DNA of 64,000 nt from Styela clava. Its lineage: Eukaryota. Shown here piece by piece: positions 25,901 to 35,959 of this stretch. The notes beneath the pieces are model-generated. The model had not been told where the DNA came from. It saw only the letters and a list, made by a program, of their open reading frames with translations, and searched no databases. The stretch spans positions 13,640,001-13,704,000 of the forward strand of contig NC_135255.1 of the NCBI RefSeq assembly GCF_964204865.1. The letters are read 5' to 3'. A program made the position numbers and the translations under genes. Numbering within the stretch: the stretch's first letter is position 1; each line of letters opens with the position of its first letter.

Positions 25901-25936
25901 CTCATTACGAAGAAACCTTGGGCGTATATTTACCAT
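13970..25936 (-). CDS. ECHDC3: Enoyl-CoA hydratase domain-containing protein 3 (mitochondrial crotonase fold); exons 25936-25901 (putative), 17154-17042, 16501-16366, 16164-15974, 15336-15227, 14851-14686, 14078-13970
   Basis: Spliced protein: ...GIRRITLNNPRKRNALSLNML...GPVFSAGHDLKEL...[29 protein letters not shown]...TPGVNVGLFCSTPAVALGR...EMLFTGE...DGKEGLAAFNEKRKPTW. Exons 2-7 are firm. Exon 1 (MVNIRPRFLRNE, phase 0, Arg-rich presequence-like) is the best candidate found but is less certain. Confidence 0.85.
17939..19207 (-). CDS. ERAL1: Mitochondrial Era GTPase (12S rRNA chaperone), intronless CDS, 422 aa
   Basis: G1 GMPNAGKST, G2-like KIDTT, G3 DTPG, G4 NKVD, G5 ISAK, and a KH domain with LLEHLPEEIPY. 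The N-terminus is basic and presequence-like. Confidence 0.93.
   Translation of the reverse strand: MLISTRCSVVLRRGFAFVKRSTRFLSSIDGGQNITFIDEDESLIFNDGTDFAPVTYSESRHQSLIIRPPDQPLNPKILKVSVLGMPNAGKSTFINAILGKKIMATSCKIDTTMENISAVRTMGDTQILFQDTPGIMNNRKAGRHRLARESVSLPNDSFFDSDIGIILADLTSLRIKDGFLQPEILMTMIKNRHVPTVLVLNKVDKYKKKDHLLPLIYTLTAGRIAGESFEPERLKLTPMRTPKIKKNALTEYENLDLADETALKKWMGGSEHRLLNKLRFCRGWPHFEEVFVISAKEGLGLDPIKNYMLTHAKPGSWKYHSEVKTDASPKQIIMDSIRAGLLEHLPEEIPYRVIPRITEWGEIDDGRLYVEIEVLCGKKSHYNMVNRISRKIANDTQEQLQDVFFMEVFVQILPVSFKNMGV
20732..21605 (-). pseudogene. 5'-truncated MULE transposase (exons 21605-21238 and 21161-20732)
   Basis: WYMDGTF, YQLFSIH, LDFE, GCSFHFTQ and RTNNHLEGWH give the DDE triad plus the CxxH motif. 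A 76-nt GT-AG intron lies at 21237-21162. Sequence upstream of 21605 does not resemble a transposase, so the N-terminal DNA-binding region is missing. Confidence 0.85.
21848..22186 (+). CDS. PHD-finger ORF inside the MULE
   Basis: C4HC3 pattern CKRC...CDVC...WFHSKC...WKCLNC in the first ~64 aa. The 3' end is uncertain (possible splice donor near 22131 or 22176). Confidence 0.7.
   Translation: MTTPNMCKRCDDNVSMKQEGLICDVCRNWFHSKCFNNSDVAMTREHYRLLKKQDVTFEWKCLNCYQAQDTHHDSNPIVVSQQMEPNLAWPPGLQWYIRVVRILFCRRNRRLN
25062..25130 (+). mobile_element. Degenerate tRNA-derived SINE head
   Basis: A-box-like TGGCCCAGTTGG and B-box-like GTTTGAATCCC at Pol III spacing; no proper cloverleaf. Confidence 0.4.
25206..25427. 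repeat. Diverged direct tandem repeat, 2 x 111 bp
   Basis: TGAC(T/C)TGAAAGACAATAGAAATCCC...ACCATGCAT(G/C)ATC at 25206 and 25317. Confidence 0.8.
25551..25709. repeat. Perfect direct tandem repeat, 2 x 79 bp
   Basis: CGGTGAGGTCTTAATTTAG...CGTTAGTTTAAT at 25551 and 25630. Confidence 0.9.
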
Positions 25937-26982
25937 GACCACCCTGAGGTAAATTTTCGATTCACGTTGAGACTGGACGCATAAATCTTCATCGTCACAC
26001 TTCCTCAGGTTTAGAGCTCAATAGATTTATCGGCCCGATAATATATCATATCGTCAGTTAACGGCCGATATATATCGGTTATAAATAACAGTTGCAAAAC
26101 CTAAAAATGTTCGTAAAATTTGTTTTATCGTATGTGGTTCATTGTTTTTCATAATTAAAATTGAGCAGATGTAAATGTTAAATTCGACACACGGAGACTT
26201 AAAATTTGAAAACTATTGCATTCTAAAATTGAAATCACCAAATCGGTAAAACTCAGATGCTCTGTGGAAAGCCCACCCCAATCCTAGAATTAACATTAAC
26301 GAATATTGATTGACACAACAGTTTTACCCTATGTAGAAAATACAGGGGGTTCGCATATTTATTATTTAATATCGTTATTTCGAAGTCAAATCAATTTGAA
26401 ATGAAAAGGGTATAGCCTACTCAAGAACACTTTCGCAATTCGCAAACAATTCGCAAAAAAATAATATTTCAAAAAGTTTATTTTCAGGAACATTTTCATA
26501 GCCAACAGCGCGTTATATATAGCATTATCATGTTATTAGTGACAAAACAACTAGAATATTTCTGAAACGGAGCAGCATAAAATAAATATAAAAAAAATCT
26601 AATGCAAAGGTTTTCCAAAATTCAAGTAATCAGATTGTGCGGATGCAAACTGAAGAGAGTTATATTACTACATTAAACCTACGCAGCCGTTGTTAAACCT
26701 TCATACTTCAATGTTAATGCATGTCACTACAAAATAGAATTGCTGTAAACCTTAGGCCGGCCGGCCGCACACAGCATCAATATTTTTCTGCAAAAAATAT
26801 TTTCTACGCAATATTTCTCATGAAAATATTTCTTGGCGCAATATCAAAAAAAATATTTCTTCGCTAGCGCACATTTCGATCATTCAAAATTCAATAAAAT
26901 GGAACACTACTTCCTGGGAACACTACTTCACGGGAACAAATATTTAATACTTTTTAGACAACATAACGAAGGATCAAATAAG

Positions 26983-27268
26983 ACGAGAATATCGGTCAGA
27001 GACCGAAGACTTATCGATCGAAAGTTAGGGAATCCCCCCAAAAAGCGCTCTTACTCCATAGTGACACCTTGTGTCCCATCACTAATTGATTAATAACTCG
27101 CTGATTATACGACATAATTCATCCAAAATCAGTAGGCTTCTGGTCCGACATATGATGAATGCACATGCAAAATCTGGAGCAGATTCAATCCTGCTTTCGT
27201 GAGATATCGCGTGCATCTAACAGACAGACAGACAAATCAACATACTTACCGATAAAATCGATAAGTAA
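26983..27268 (+). mobile_element. Interspersed repeat, probable Helentron-associated (HINE/DINE-1-like) element, copy 1
   Basis: Three copies in the window. ACAGACAGAC microsatellite, terminal hairpin ACTTACCGAT..ATCGATAAGT and subterminal inverted motif ACTTATCGAT. Confidence 0.65.
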
Positions 27269-27829
27269 TGAATCGGAAACTTTTTGTATTAAATTCTCGA
27301 AATCCTGTCCTTATATTATATCGATTATATTACTTTGTAGATGTAGGTAACAATCATTCGGAATACTTTTTTTTTTATAATTCCACACGATAAACATCAT
27401 ATTACGATATACGCGGATATAATGGTGACAAATAAAACTGTTGTATTTGCACCAATCAGTATTTTCTTTCATTTACTCCGTTCATCGAATAAAATATACA
27501 GTGCAATGCTACAGTTAGATGTAGCCAGATGACCAACCATGATGACCCATGAATTTATGATGGCACAACCATGGCGGTTGACTTTTTAATTGGCACAAAC
27601 AAATGGCGCGAGGCGGGGTATCATCAGGGCAGGAAATTTAAAATCATGGCGGGTAAAATTGTGCTGCCACAAACCAAGGCGTGAAGGCTGTAATGGCAGG
27701 ACTGCCCCTGATGGCGACACACTCAGGATAAATTGGAACCTTTGCCTTGTGAATACAGTTTTGATTAATTTAAGGTTTGGTTTCGGGTTTAGGCAGATAT
27801 ATTTTCACTTGATAAACTAAAAAATGGTG

Positions 27830-28082
27830 CATGGCTTTGTTAAAATACTGGTAATAGCGCCATAAATCAATGTCCAGGGACGCCGCGGTTCGTACGTGGC
27901 AGGAGCCGCCAAGAGGTGATATTAATTGCGCCTCCTATTTTGCGCTGTTTCCATCTGTTCTGCACTGTTTCCTTCTCTTCTGCACTGTTTCTCTCTCTTC
28001 TGCACTGTTTCGCGCTCTTTTCGGTATTTCGCGCTCTTTGTGGTGTTTCGCGCTGTAGGCTACTCAGTAAGTAGTAAGACCC
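27830..28082. mobile_element. Partial copy (one end) of MITE family B
   Basis: Ends in CTCAGTAAGTAGTAAGACCC. It is the reverse complement of the arm at 12774-12950, including the GCGCTGTTT-type short repeats. Confidence 0.7.
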
Positions 28083-29091
28083 TTTAACCTTAGTTGTTTA
28101 CGATTGGCTATACCTTATTTTACTGAATAAATTCAAATTCCGAACAATCGGCCATACCTATCTTATTTCTCTTAAGATATGAAATTCATTCAGAGGCAGC
28201 GCTAAACAGGCAAACTAGCACAAATGACAAAATTGACATTTCATATGAAAAAAAGTGCTAGCAGAACCTGAAACCATGACTAATTACTGACATGGGAAAG
28301 CCTTTCTACTCCTCTCCCGTTCGAATTAGAATTATCATTAATATATCATCAGTATTGACTATTTTATTTAATCGGATCACGCGCTAAAAATGAAAAATCG
28401 TTTCATACTTGCTTTAATGACGTCATAATAAAAACTCAAAAACACGTGTGATTTGCTTGGGTGGTTTTAACCAAAACAATGCTTTTCCATTTCCTCTTTG
28501 TTTTGTTGCTTTGTTTTTTATTATTCAAAGGTAGGCATCACAGGTATCCCAGTAAATTTTATTTTCTATTTGGCATTGAAATTTTGCTCAATAGAAACTG
28601 TGTATGTGGGAAGTATCACAAGGTAAAAAACTTGTAAGCATCTATTCTGTTTATGTAAAGCTACACCACGATTTTTAAAAATCGCTGATGGCAAACAAAT
28701 AATAATATTGAAGTAATGTCTGAATGTACTAAATATTGAGGAAAATAAATGATATGTAAAAATGATTGTTTTTTGTTATTATTAATAATTCGATTTTGCT
28801 GCCATAGATCAGTAGCTGTAGAACCACTACATGCTGTTTAATATTTGAAAATTATTTAAAAAAAATTTGGGTCACTTGAAAAAATGGCTGGGAACCAATG
28901 CTCTATTACTCATTGACATGTAAGCTTGTAAAAACAAAAAAATTAAAAATACTAATCAATATCTACAAATCTTTAATTTTGAAAATGAAGTGTTAATTCC
29001 GGTATATCTTAATAAATATTTAATGGCTTTAATTGTATATGCAAAGCTTAATTACAATTAACTCAATGCTGTTATTCTTAATTCAGTTTTT

Positions 29092-30753
29092 ATGGTCAAA
29101 CTCAATAGGCCTAATATGATAGGGATAACAGCCATGTCTGTTGCCATGCTCCGAAATTTATGTATAGGCCAAAAATTAACTGTAACATCAGTTGCCTGCA
29201 GCGTCAGATTTGCTTCTTCAGTAAAAGTAAATGGCCAAGAAATTCCCATTATTCGTTATCCACTTGGACAGCAAAAAAAGTTCATTCAAGCGAAGGATAA
29301 GAAGAAAAGAAGGGGTAAACTCATCTGCGTTCCTAAGCCCGGGAAGCTTTTGATTTCAACAGATGACCGAAAACTTAATATGTACACGAATGAGTTTCCG
29401 ACAAAGTTTGAACCACCAACTCTTGCATCACAAACATGGACAAGCAGGAATAGTCCAGGAAGATTTTTTGTTATTCACGCAACTAGGAATAATCCTGCAA
29501 CTGATTATGATGATAAGGATAAAGCAAGTTTTAACGATTATGGATTGAATACCACTGTTAATGAATCATTACAGAAACTAGGTGTTGAGGCACCAACTCA
29601 AATTCAAAACAAGGTCTTACCTATCGTTATGAATGGTGAAAATGTTATGCTGGCTGCGGAAACTGGCAGTGGAAAGACATACGGATATCTTATTCCAATT
29701 ATTAACAAAATATTAGAAATTGACAATGAGGATTTTGTCTCTTCTGGACCTACAGCATTAATTTTAACTCCCTCAAAAGAGTTGAGCGCCCAGGTCGTAA
29801 AAATGACGAGAGACTTCAACCTTGCAATTAATGTCACTGACTTAGATAATTTTCATTTAATGCGAACAAAAAAACATGTAAATCATGCGGATATCGTGGT
29901 TGGGACACCAATTATCATGTTAACGATGTTACGTAATCGTAAACTATCGTTAGATAATATTAATTTCGCTGTTGTTGATGAGTGCGATACTTTACTTGAT
30001 AAAAGTTTTAGTACATTTACTTGTGCCATACTTGGAAGACTGAATATTAAACATGGTTTGTCAAAACCATTGGTCAGTAGTTCAGATGTTCAATTAATAT
30101 TATGCAGTGCTACGTTTCCTGATTATGCAGAACAAGCACTCGAAGATATAGTTTCGTTATCGAACATATCTGCGATTTCAACCGGGTATATGCATCGTAT
30201 TTCACCCCACGTTACCCATAAATTTCTAAGGGTTCGAAGCTCTGAAAAATTAGCCACACTTCTCAATATTCTCAACGAATCTAAAGTAAATGAATATTTA
30301 ACGATGATATTTTGCAATAAAAAAGAAAGTGTACACTGGCTAACAAAAGAACTTATATTTCATGGACTACATGCAGAAATGATTCATAGTGGACTTGATA
30401 TAAAAAAACGAAAGTCGATCATTCAACAAGTTCGGGCTGGTAAGGCGAAAATCCTTGTATGTACAGACCTGTCTTCTCGAGGAATTGACACTCAATCGAT
30501 TCATCATGTTATAAACTTTGAGTTTCCGAATGCTGCCTCGGATTATGTTCATAGAAGTGGTCGTGTCGGACGAGTGGGACAAAATACCGGTGCCAAAGTT
30601 ACAAGTTTGATAAGTAAGAGGTGGGAGATTCCACTTCTTATGCAGATTGAAGAAGCAGCAAGGAGAAGAGAGAGAATTCAGAATGTAAATGCTAATATCA
30701 AGTCTCACCATAAAGACCGATGGAACGAAAAGAAAGAGGAAGAATTAGAGTAA
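29092..30753 (+). CDS. DDX28: Mitochondrial DEAD-box RNA helicase, intronless CDS, up to 553 aa
   Basis: Q motif PTQIQ, AAETGSGKT, TPSKEL, GTP, DECDTLLDKSF, SAT, CTDLSSRGID and HRSGRVGR. The C-terminal IEEAARRRERI tail and N-terminal extension resemble DDX28. Confidence 0.85.
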   Translation: MVKLNRPNMIGITAMSVAMLRNLCIGQKLTVTSVACSVRFASSVKVNGQEIPIIRYPLGQQKKFIQAKDKKKRRGKLICVPKPGKLLISTDDRKLNMYTNEFPTKFEPPTLASQTWTSRNSPGRFFVIHATRNNPATDYDDKDKASFNDYGLNTTVNESLQKLGVEAPTQIQNKVLPIVMNGENVMLAAETGSGKTYGYLIPIINKILEIDNEDFVSSGPTALILTPSKELSAQVVKMTRDFNLAINVTDLDNFHLMRTKKHVNHADIVVGTPIIMLTMLRNRKLSLDNINFAVVDECDTLLDKSFSTFTCAILGRLNIKHGLSKPLVSSSDVQLILCSATFPDYAEQALEDIVSLSNISAISTGYMHRISPHVTHKFLRVRSSEKLATLLNILNESKVNEYLTMIFCNKKESVHWLTKELIFHGLHAEMIHSGLDIKKRKSIIQQVRAGKAKILVCTDLSSRGIDTQSIHHVINFEFPNAASDYVHRSGRVGRVGQNTGAKVTSLISKRWEIPLLMQIEEAARRRERIQNVNANIKSHHKDRWNEKKEEELE

Positions 30754-31556
30754 TATGTCATGCTGTTTCTTATTCTTCTATAAGCTACTATTTTATTTTA
30801 TAATCTTTTGTGTTTTTCATATGTTTTATTGCGTCTGTGTTAATAAACTTTCAGAAAAAAAGTCTTTCCGAAATGAAGAAAAGTAATAAATGTGTAGTAG
30901 TTCAGGTGGAAATAATTTACCAAATTACTATTTACTTGAAATATGAATATTAAAAAATGTTGGGATTAAAATAAATACGAATACTACAGACCCTAGTCAC
31001 CTTTTACGAAAATCATCGATCCAAAATATCAATGATTGCTGAAATATTATGTTGCAATTTATTATTGCAATTTCAAATATGATTGTGTTGCCCTAATTAT
31101 TATCTGTCTCTGGTTTTATCTATCAAAAACGACTGTCATGTCTTTACCTTGGCGTTAATTACCGGTAGCTACAATTATTTAAAAAAAATTTATTTGTGAA
31201 ATCACTTTCGTTTACCTATTACTATTGACTTTATTTAAATGTTTCTACTGACATCCCTTTGCACTGATTTTTAATGAGAATATGTAGGGTCACATGCACT
31301 CACTTTAAAGTATAGGAACTCGCTTTTAATCAATGTTACGGACTAACAGTGAACTGCTGAAACCATGCGAATTTTGATATTGCATTGCGCAATAATAAAT
31401 TAAAGTTGGGGCGTGAACCTGTTCTAGTTCTTACTATTTCCACATCTGGTGAAATGCTCACAACTTCGCTTTTGGCAAACACCAATAATAGTGAATTCAT
31501 TCATAGAATACTCATTATCCCTTTTCATTATTTCAGACCTTAATTTATGTATAACT

Positions 31557-32357
31557 ATGTTTGAAATTACGAAAACAGTTCTGGAGAAAAGCACTGAGAC
31601 TGAATATCCTTTGCTGACATCAGAATGTGAACTAACCATCAAGGACTTTAGCAGTTTTCCTAATGCCTGCACGGATGAAGACATTTTTAAAAATTTTGGA
31701 ATAAATGCAAATATTCGGAATGTATTTTCCTGTTGTCAAGTGAAGTATTATTATTCTGCAATTCTTTGTGAATGTGTGGAAAACATGAAAAGATCTGAAG
31801 TATCAGAATTTGATATCAATTTTATGAAAACTGACTTCGACAAGCCGAAAAGTTTCAAATTTACACTCACATTGCATTCTATATCATCAGGAAAAGATTT
31901 TCATGATTTATCACTTGAAGAAAGGATAAATTTATCAGAGAATTGGAAGGTTTCTGGAAATTCCTTATTTGTTGAAGGAAACATTTATATGGCTGGATAC
32001 TGGTATAGCAGATCATTGAAATCGCTCTTATTATGCTGTACCGATGATATGGAAAGTCCCATAAAAGAAAAGTATAAAAAATTAGTTGGTCAATGCCGAA
32101 TCAATCTAGCAGCAGTACAGTTAAAGAACCATTTATATGATCATGTTATTTCAAACTGTTCTCAAGCTTTATATATTGATTCAAAAATGATTAAAGCCTT
32201 ATACAGAAGAGCTCAAGCCTATTATGCAGAAGGAAAAATGGAAAATGCAATGAAAGATTTAAAACAAGCTTTAAAAATTGAACCTAAAAATAGTTCTATT
32301 CGAAAACTCATTACGCAAATTAGACAGAATACAATTGTAACAGCACATGCAGTATAA
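31557..32357 (+). CDS. FKBP-like TPR co-chaperone (FKBPL-like; degenerate FKBP region + 3 TPRs), intronless CDS
   Basis: The TPRs carry Hsp90-clamp-type residues: KVSGNSLF...Y, INLAAVQLK, KALYRRAQAY...DLKQALKIEPKN. The likely ATG is at 31557, just after an acceptor-like TTTCAG at 31536. Confidence 0.75.
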   Translation: MFEITKTVLEKSTETEYPLLTSECELTIKDFSSFPNACTDEDIFKNFGINANIRNVFSCCQVKYYYSAILCECVENMKRSEVSEFDINFMKTDFDKPKSFKFTLTLHSISSGKDFHDLSLEERINLSENWKVSGNSLFVEGNIYMAGYWYSRSLKSLLLCCTDDMESPIKEKYKKLVGQCRINLAAVQLKNHLYDHVISNCSQALYIDSKMIKALYRRAQAYYAEGKMENAMKDLKQALKIEPKNSSIRKLITQIRQNTIVTAHAV

Positions 32358-32504
32358 TTTTCTTATTATTGTTGCTCGATACCTATGCTTCTGAAAGTAT
32401 ATCATTTACACTAATTTGTTATGCTCACACCCTCAATAAAAGAAGATGTAGTGTTCATAATAAGGTGTTACGTTTGTTCTATACAATTGTTGAATCCATT
32501 AGAT

Positions 32505-32734
32505 CAGTGGCTCCCAACCGGGGGGGTCGGCCCAGAGCAGTTATTAAAGGGGGCCACAATGCCGGGCGCAAAACTTGATAATGTTATTTCATCAGGTTTT
32601 TTATTTATTTTTTTGATTTGGAATCTACTGAAGAACATAACACTATAAATACCACTGGATTGATAAACAGGGGGACCATGAGCGTTAAAATCCGCCAGAA
32701 GGGAGCCCAGCCCATAAAAGGTTGGAAACCACTG
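32505..32734. mobile_element. hAT-type MITE
   Basis: TIRs CAGTGGCTCCCAACC / GGTTGGAAACCACTG. Degenerate 8-bp TSD CATTAGAT / CAATAGCT. Confidence 0.65.
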
Positions 32735-34164
32735 CAATAGCTGATGTCATCAACATTTTCATCAGATTTCAAAGCTTATTTTAATTAAAGTGAATTGGAG
32801 GTCTGATATAGAATCCAACTTCTTGATTTTATAGTGCCACTTTGGTATGCGATCTCGAGTATGTGTGTTTTCACTCATTTTGGTAACTGAATTCTATGAG
32901 AATGTTTATATGAGATTGGACATATATAAAAAATGGCACCATAATCTGTGTGCCACTTTGATATGCGGTTGATATCATGTTAAGCACGTGGGATCACATA
33001 CCAAATTAGTTTCATGATGCTGGGATTGCATACCAATGTGGCATCGATTTCTCTTACCACTCGAAATCACAATACCCCCTCAATCAATCTTTTCTACACT
33101 AAAATGTATGAAACAACTGATTTATATAGTTTTTTCATAAATGATTATTCATTGAAATTCATTTCTACTAACTAAATAGTTGAAATTGACAAAAAATGTT
33201 TTATTGAAATTAATGAATAAATACTACTTATTCAAATATATTGAAAGTAGACCCAGAATTTATTTTTGTAATTTGTATCGTTTTGTGGATCAGACAGTTG
33301 ATGTAGGATTTTGAAATAATAAAAATATCACGTATAGAGATCCTCATATTTTGGGAATAGATATAGGCTACAGTCTGTATTGTATGGAAAAAAAGCATAT
33401 GTGTGTGCTGCATGCTCTATCTCTATACTTTTGGAAATCAGGATGTTGCAAATACAAAGAGATGTAAAAGCAGACTAGAGCGATGCTACCTTCCATGTCA
33501 ATAAGGCAAAGGTACCATGATATTAACTGATATAAATGAATTATAGTCATGGCGTTGAAGCTTTAAAAGCATGTGTTAAATCATGTTGTTAGTGGTTTAA
33601 ATCCTTATATGTTAGCATTGGTGATTACACCTGCAGCAACTTCGATTCCCCTTTTTTTTTTAAATCGATAGTACGCCATTGCGCCTAATATATGGATCAA
33701 GTAGTGGTTTATTGGTTACACTCAAGACCAGTACTATTGTTATAAAAACAAATCATTGTTTTACATTTTCTTGAAATAAAATACAATAATCATAAGAAAT
33801 GTAAATTTCATTTTGTTTAATAGGTTTTGTACAACAACCTTTTCTCCCTTAAAAACTTTGTGTCATTTAGTCAGGTACGCTTTGAGCATGGACAAAACCC
33901 CAATCTGAGTAATTTATTCCTGGTATCTCTCGTAACTCAGTACGCATTATGGTCTTTATATGGTACATTTCAGTGGCTGACTCCTTTGTTTTGTGTTTTG
34001 ATGAAAATATGGAAACACTTTTCAAAAAATATTCCACAGGCAAGATAATTGTTCTAAAAAGCATGCTTACAGTTTAGGATCTTTAAATTTTGAACTAAAA
34101 AATGCAGTACTTTTTTACATAAAATAAGATAAATGTGTATTTTGCTGTGTTTTTTTTTTCTCAG

Positions 34165-34251
34165 AGATTGGCTGGGAGGATCCAGATATCGAATTGCAAC
34201 ATTTTTAACTACGTTGTTGGATTCTAATCTAATGTTTTTCGTCACAATGCA
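34165..34251 (+). other. Candidate non-coding 5'-UTR exon of gephyrin
   Basis: Strong acceptor TTTTTTTTTTCTCAG ending at 34164 and consensus donor GTAAGT at 34252. Confidence 0.4.
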
Positions 34252-34499
34252 GTAAGTAGTAGTAACTTATTGTTAATATGATATGTGAATGTGCAGTTTG
34301 TAATTGTTTACATTATTCGTGATCAATTTTTTCTCATGGTTTAGCAGTTATATTCACATGTGCTCATCCACATATTCACTGCTACAAGGTTATTAGATGA
34401 TTCCTAAATATGTATTATGATTATGGAGTTATCAAAAGTGTTTGCACTTCTAACCACGGTTTCAAACTAAATTTTGTTGATTACAAAACCTTATTCCCT

Positions 34500-34851
34500 G
34501 AGTCACGAATCAAATTGAATCATTGGTCACCCAAGTCTCGAGTCGAGTCAGATAATGAAGCCAAGCTAATCACTGAGTTAGGTCTCACTAGCGGTAAGTT
34601 GATGATTGGTTGAGACTGAGTTGTTTCATTTAGATGACTTGAGTCTCTTTTATATAAAATGACTCAATCAAGTTTAGTCATAAGTCACCTGAGTCAGATA
34701 TTGAACTCGAGCAAATCACTGAGTTAAGTCTCATAAGCGGTAAGTTGATGATTGATTGAGTCTGAGTTGTTTTATTACATTACTTGAGTCTTATTAATAA
34801 AAATGACTCCCAACTCGAGTTGTTTCAATACCTCAATTCTCCCCAACACTG
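34500..34851. repeat. GAGTC/GACTC-rich repeat with an internal ~147-bp duplication, probably a DNA-transposon remnant
   Basis: ATCACTGAGTTA(G/A)GTCTCA..AGCGGTAAGTTGATGATTG...TAAAATGACTC occurs twice (~34569 and ~34716). It ends in hAT-like CCAACACTG. Confidence 0.6.
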
Positions 34852-35959
34852 TGAAATATTTTTAACTTTTTAGGCTCAATTTTTACCTACAATGTACAGT
34901 TCAAAAGGGAAACATTATTGGGATGATTTTTTTTCTATTTATCAATAAATATCTAATTCATAATAAATGCCGAATTACTAAAAAGCTTGGTTGGTTATCA
35001 GATTATACCCAATTCAACCCAATTATTTCTAAATTTATTCAAGAGTGGATTGTCCTATTCACAGTAATATGTTAATTGAAGGTTGGAGTTTTATTGATCA
35101 AACAATTCTGGCCTTTGAAATCAGCTGAAACGCATGTGTCTAATTTATTTATAAACTTGTATAATTATTTAATATTCATCATGCTAATCTCTGACAACAT
35201 GTTCAGCCAAAATATGATAATCACATAAGAAGCGGATTAGGTTTTGTTTTTTCTCCATAGCAGGATAAATTATATAATACACAGAATATGCTCAGAATTA
35301 ATAAGGTGTTATTATGAGTGATTGTTGTTGACTAATGGAAGAACCATTTTAATTTATACAAAGGAGATAAAATGTGAATAATTTTCAACAATTTGTCAAA
35401 AATGTGCTTCACACACACACACATAAATGAGCCCTTTTATTCATGGAGTGGGAAAATATCATCACAGAATTATATTATATTAGTATTTATATTCTAAATC
35501 ATTATTTAAAAACAGGAATATATATATTATGTGTCATCATAAATGTTGCAAGAGCTTTGTTTATTATTTTTGCAATAGATAAATTTACTATAGGTATGAG
35601 GAGAATACACAACAGATTATCAGCTCTGAAAATTCGTTAAAAAAATCATTATTATTTGTATACATAATAATGATATGCGACTCGGAAATATTTGCATTGA
35701 TTGCATGGTATTAAATTCATATATTGAGTTATGCATTACCATCAATAAAAAGAAAAAAGGTTTTTTTAATTTATTCTTCCTGGTAACACATTTTTAAAAA
35801 TTATGAACGTCAGAATGCGAGAAATACAATTTTATGCCCAAGGCTATGAGGAGAAAAAATGATAGCTGGTTTTCTAGGTAAACTTAAATTGCTTGCTATT
35901 TTTTGGTTGAAATTTTACGCTGGTGGTGATTGATCAAAGTACTTTCAGGAAAGTAGCAA

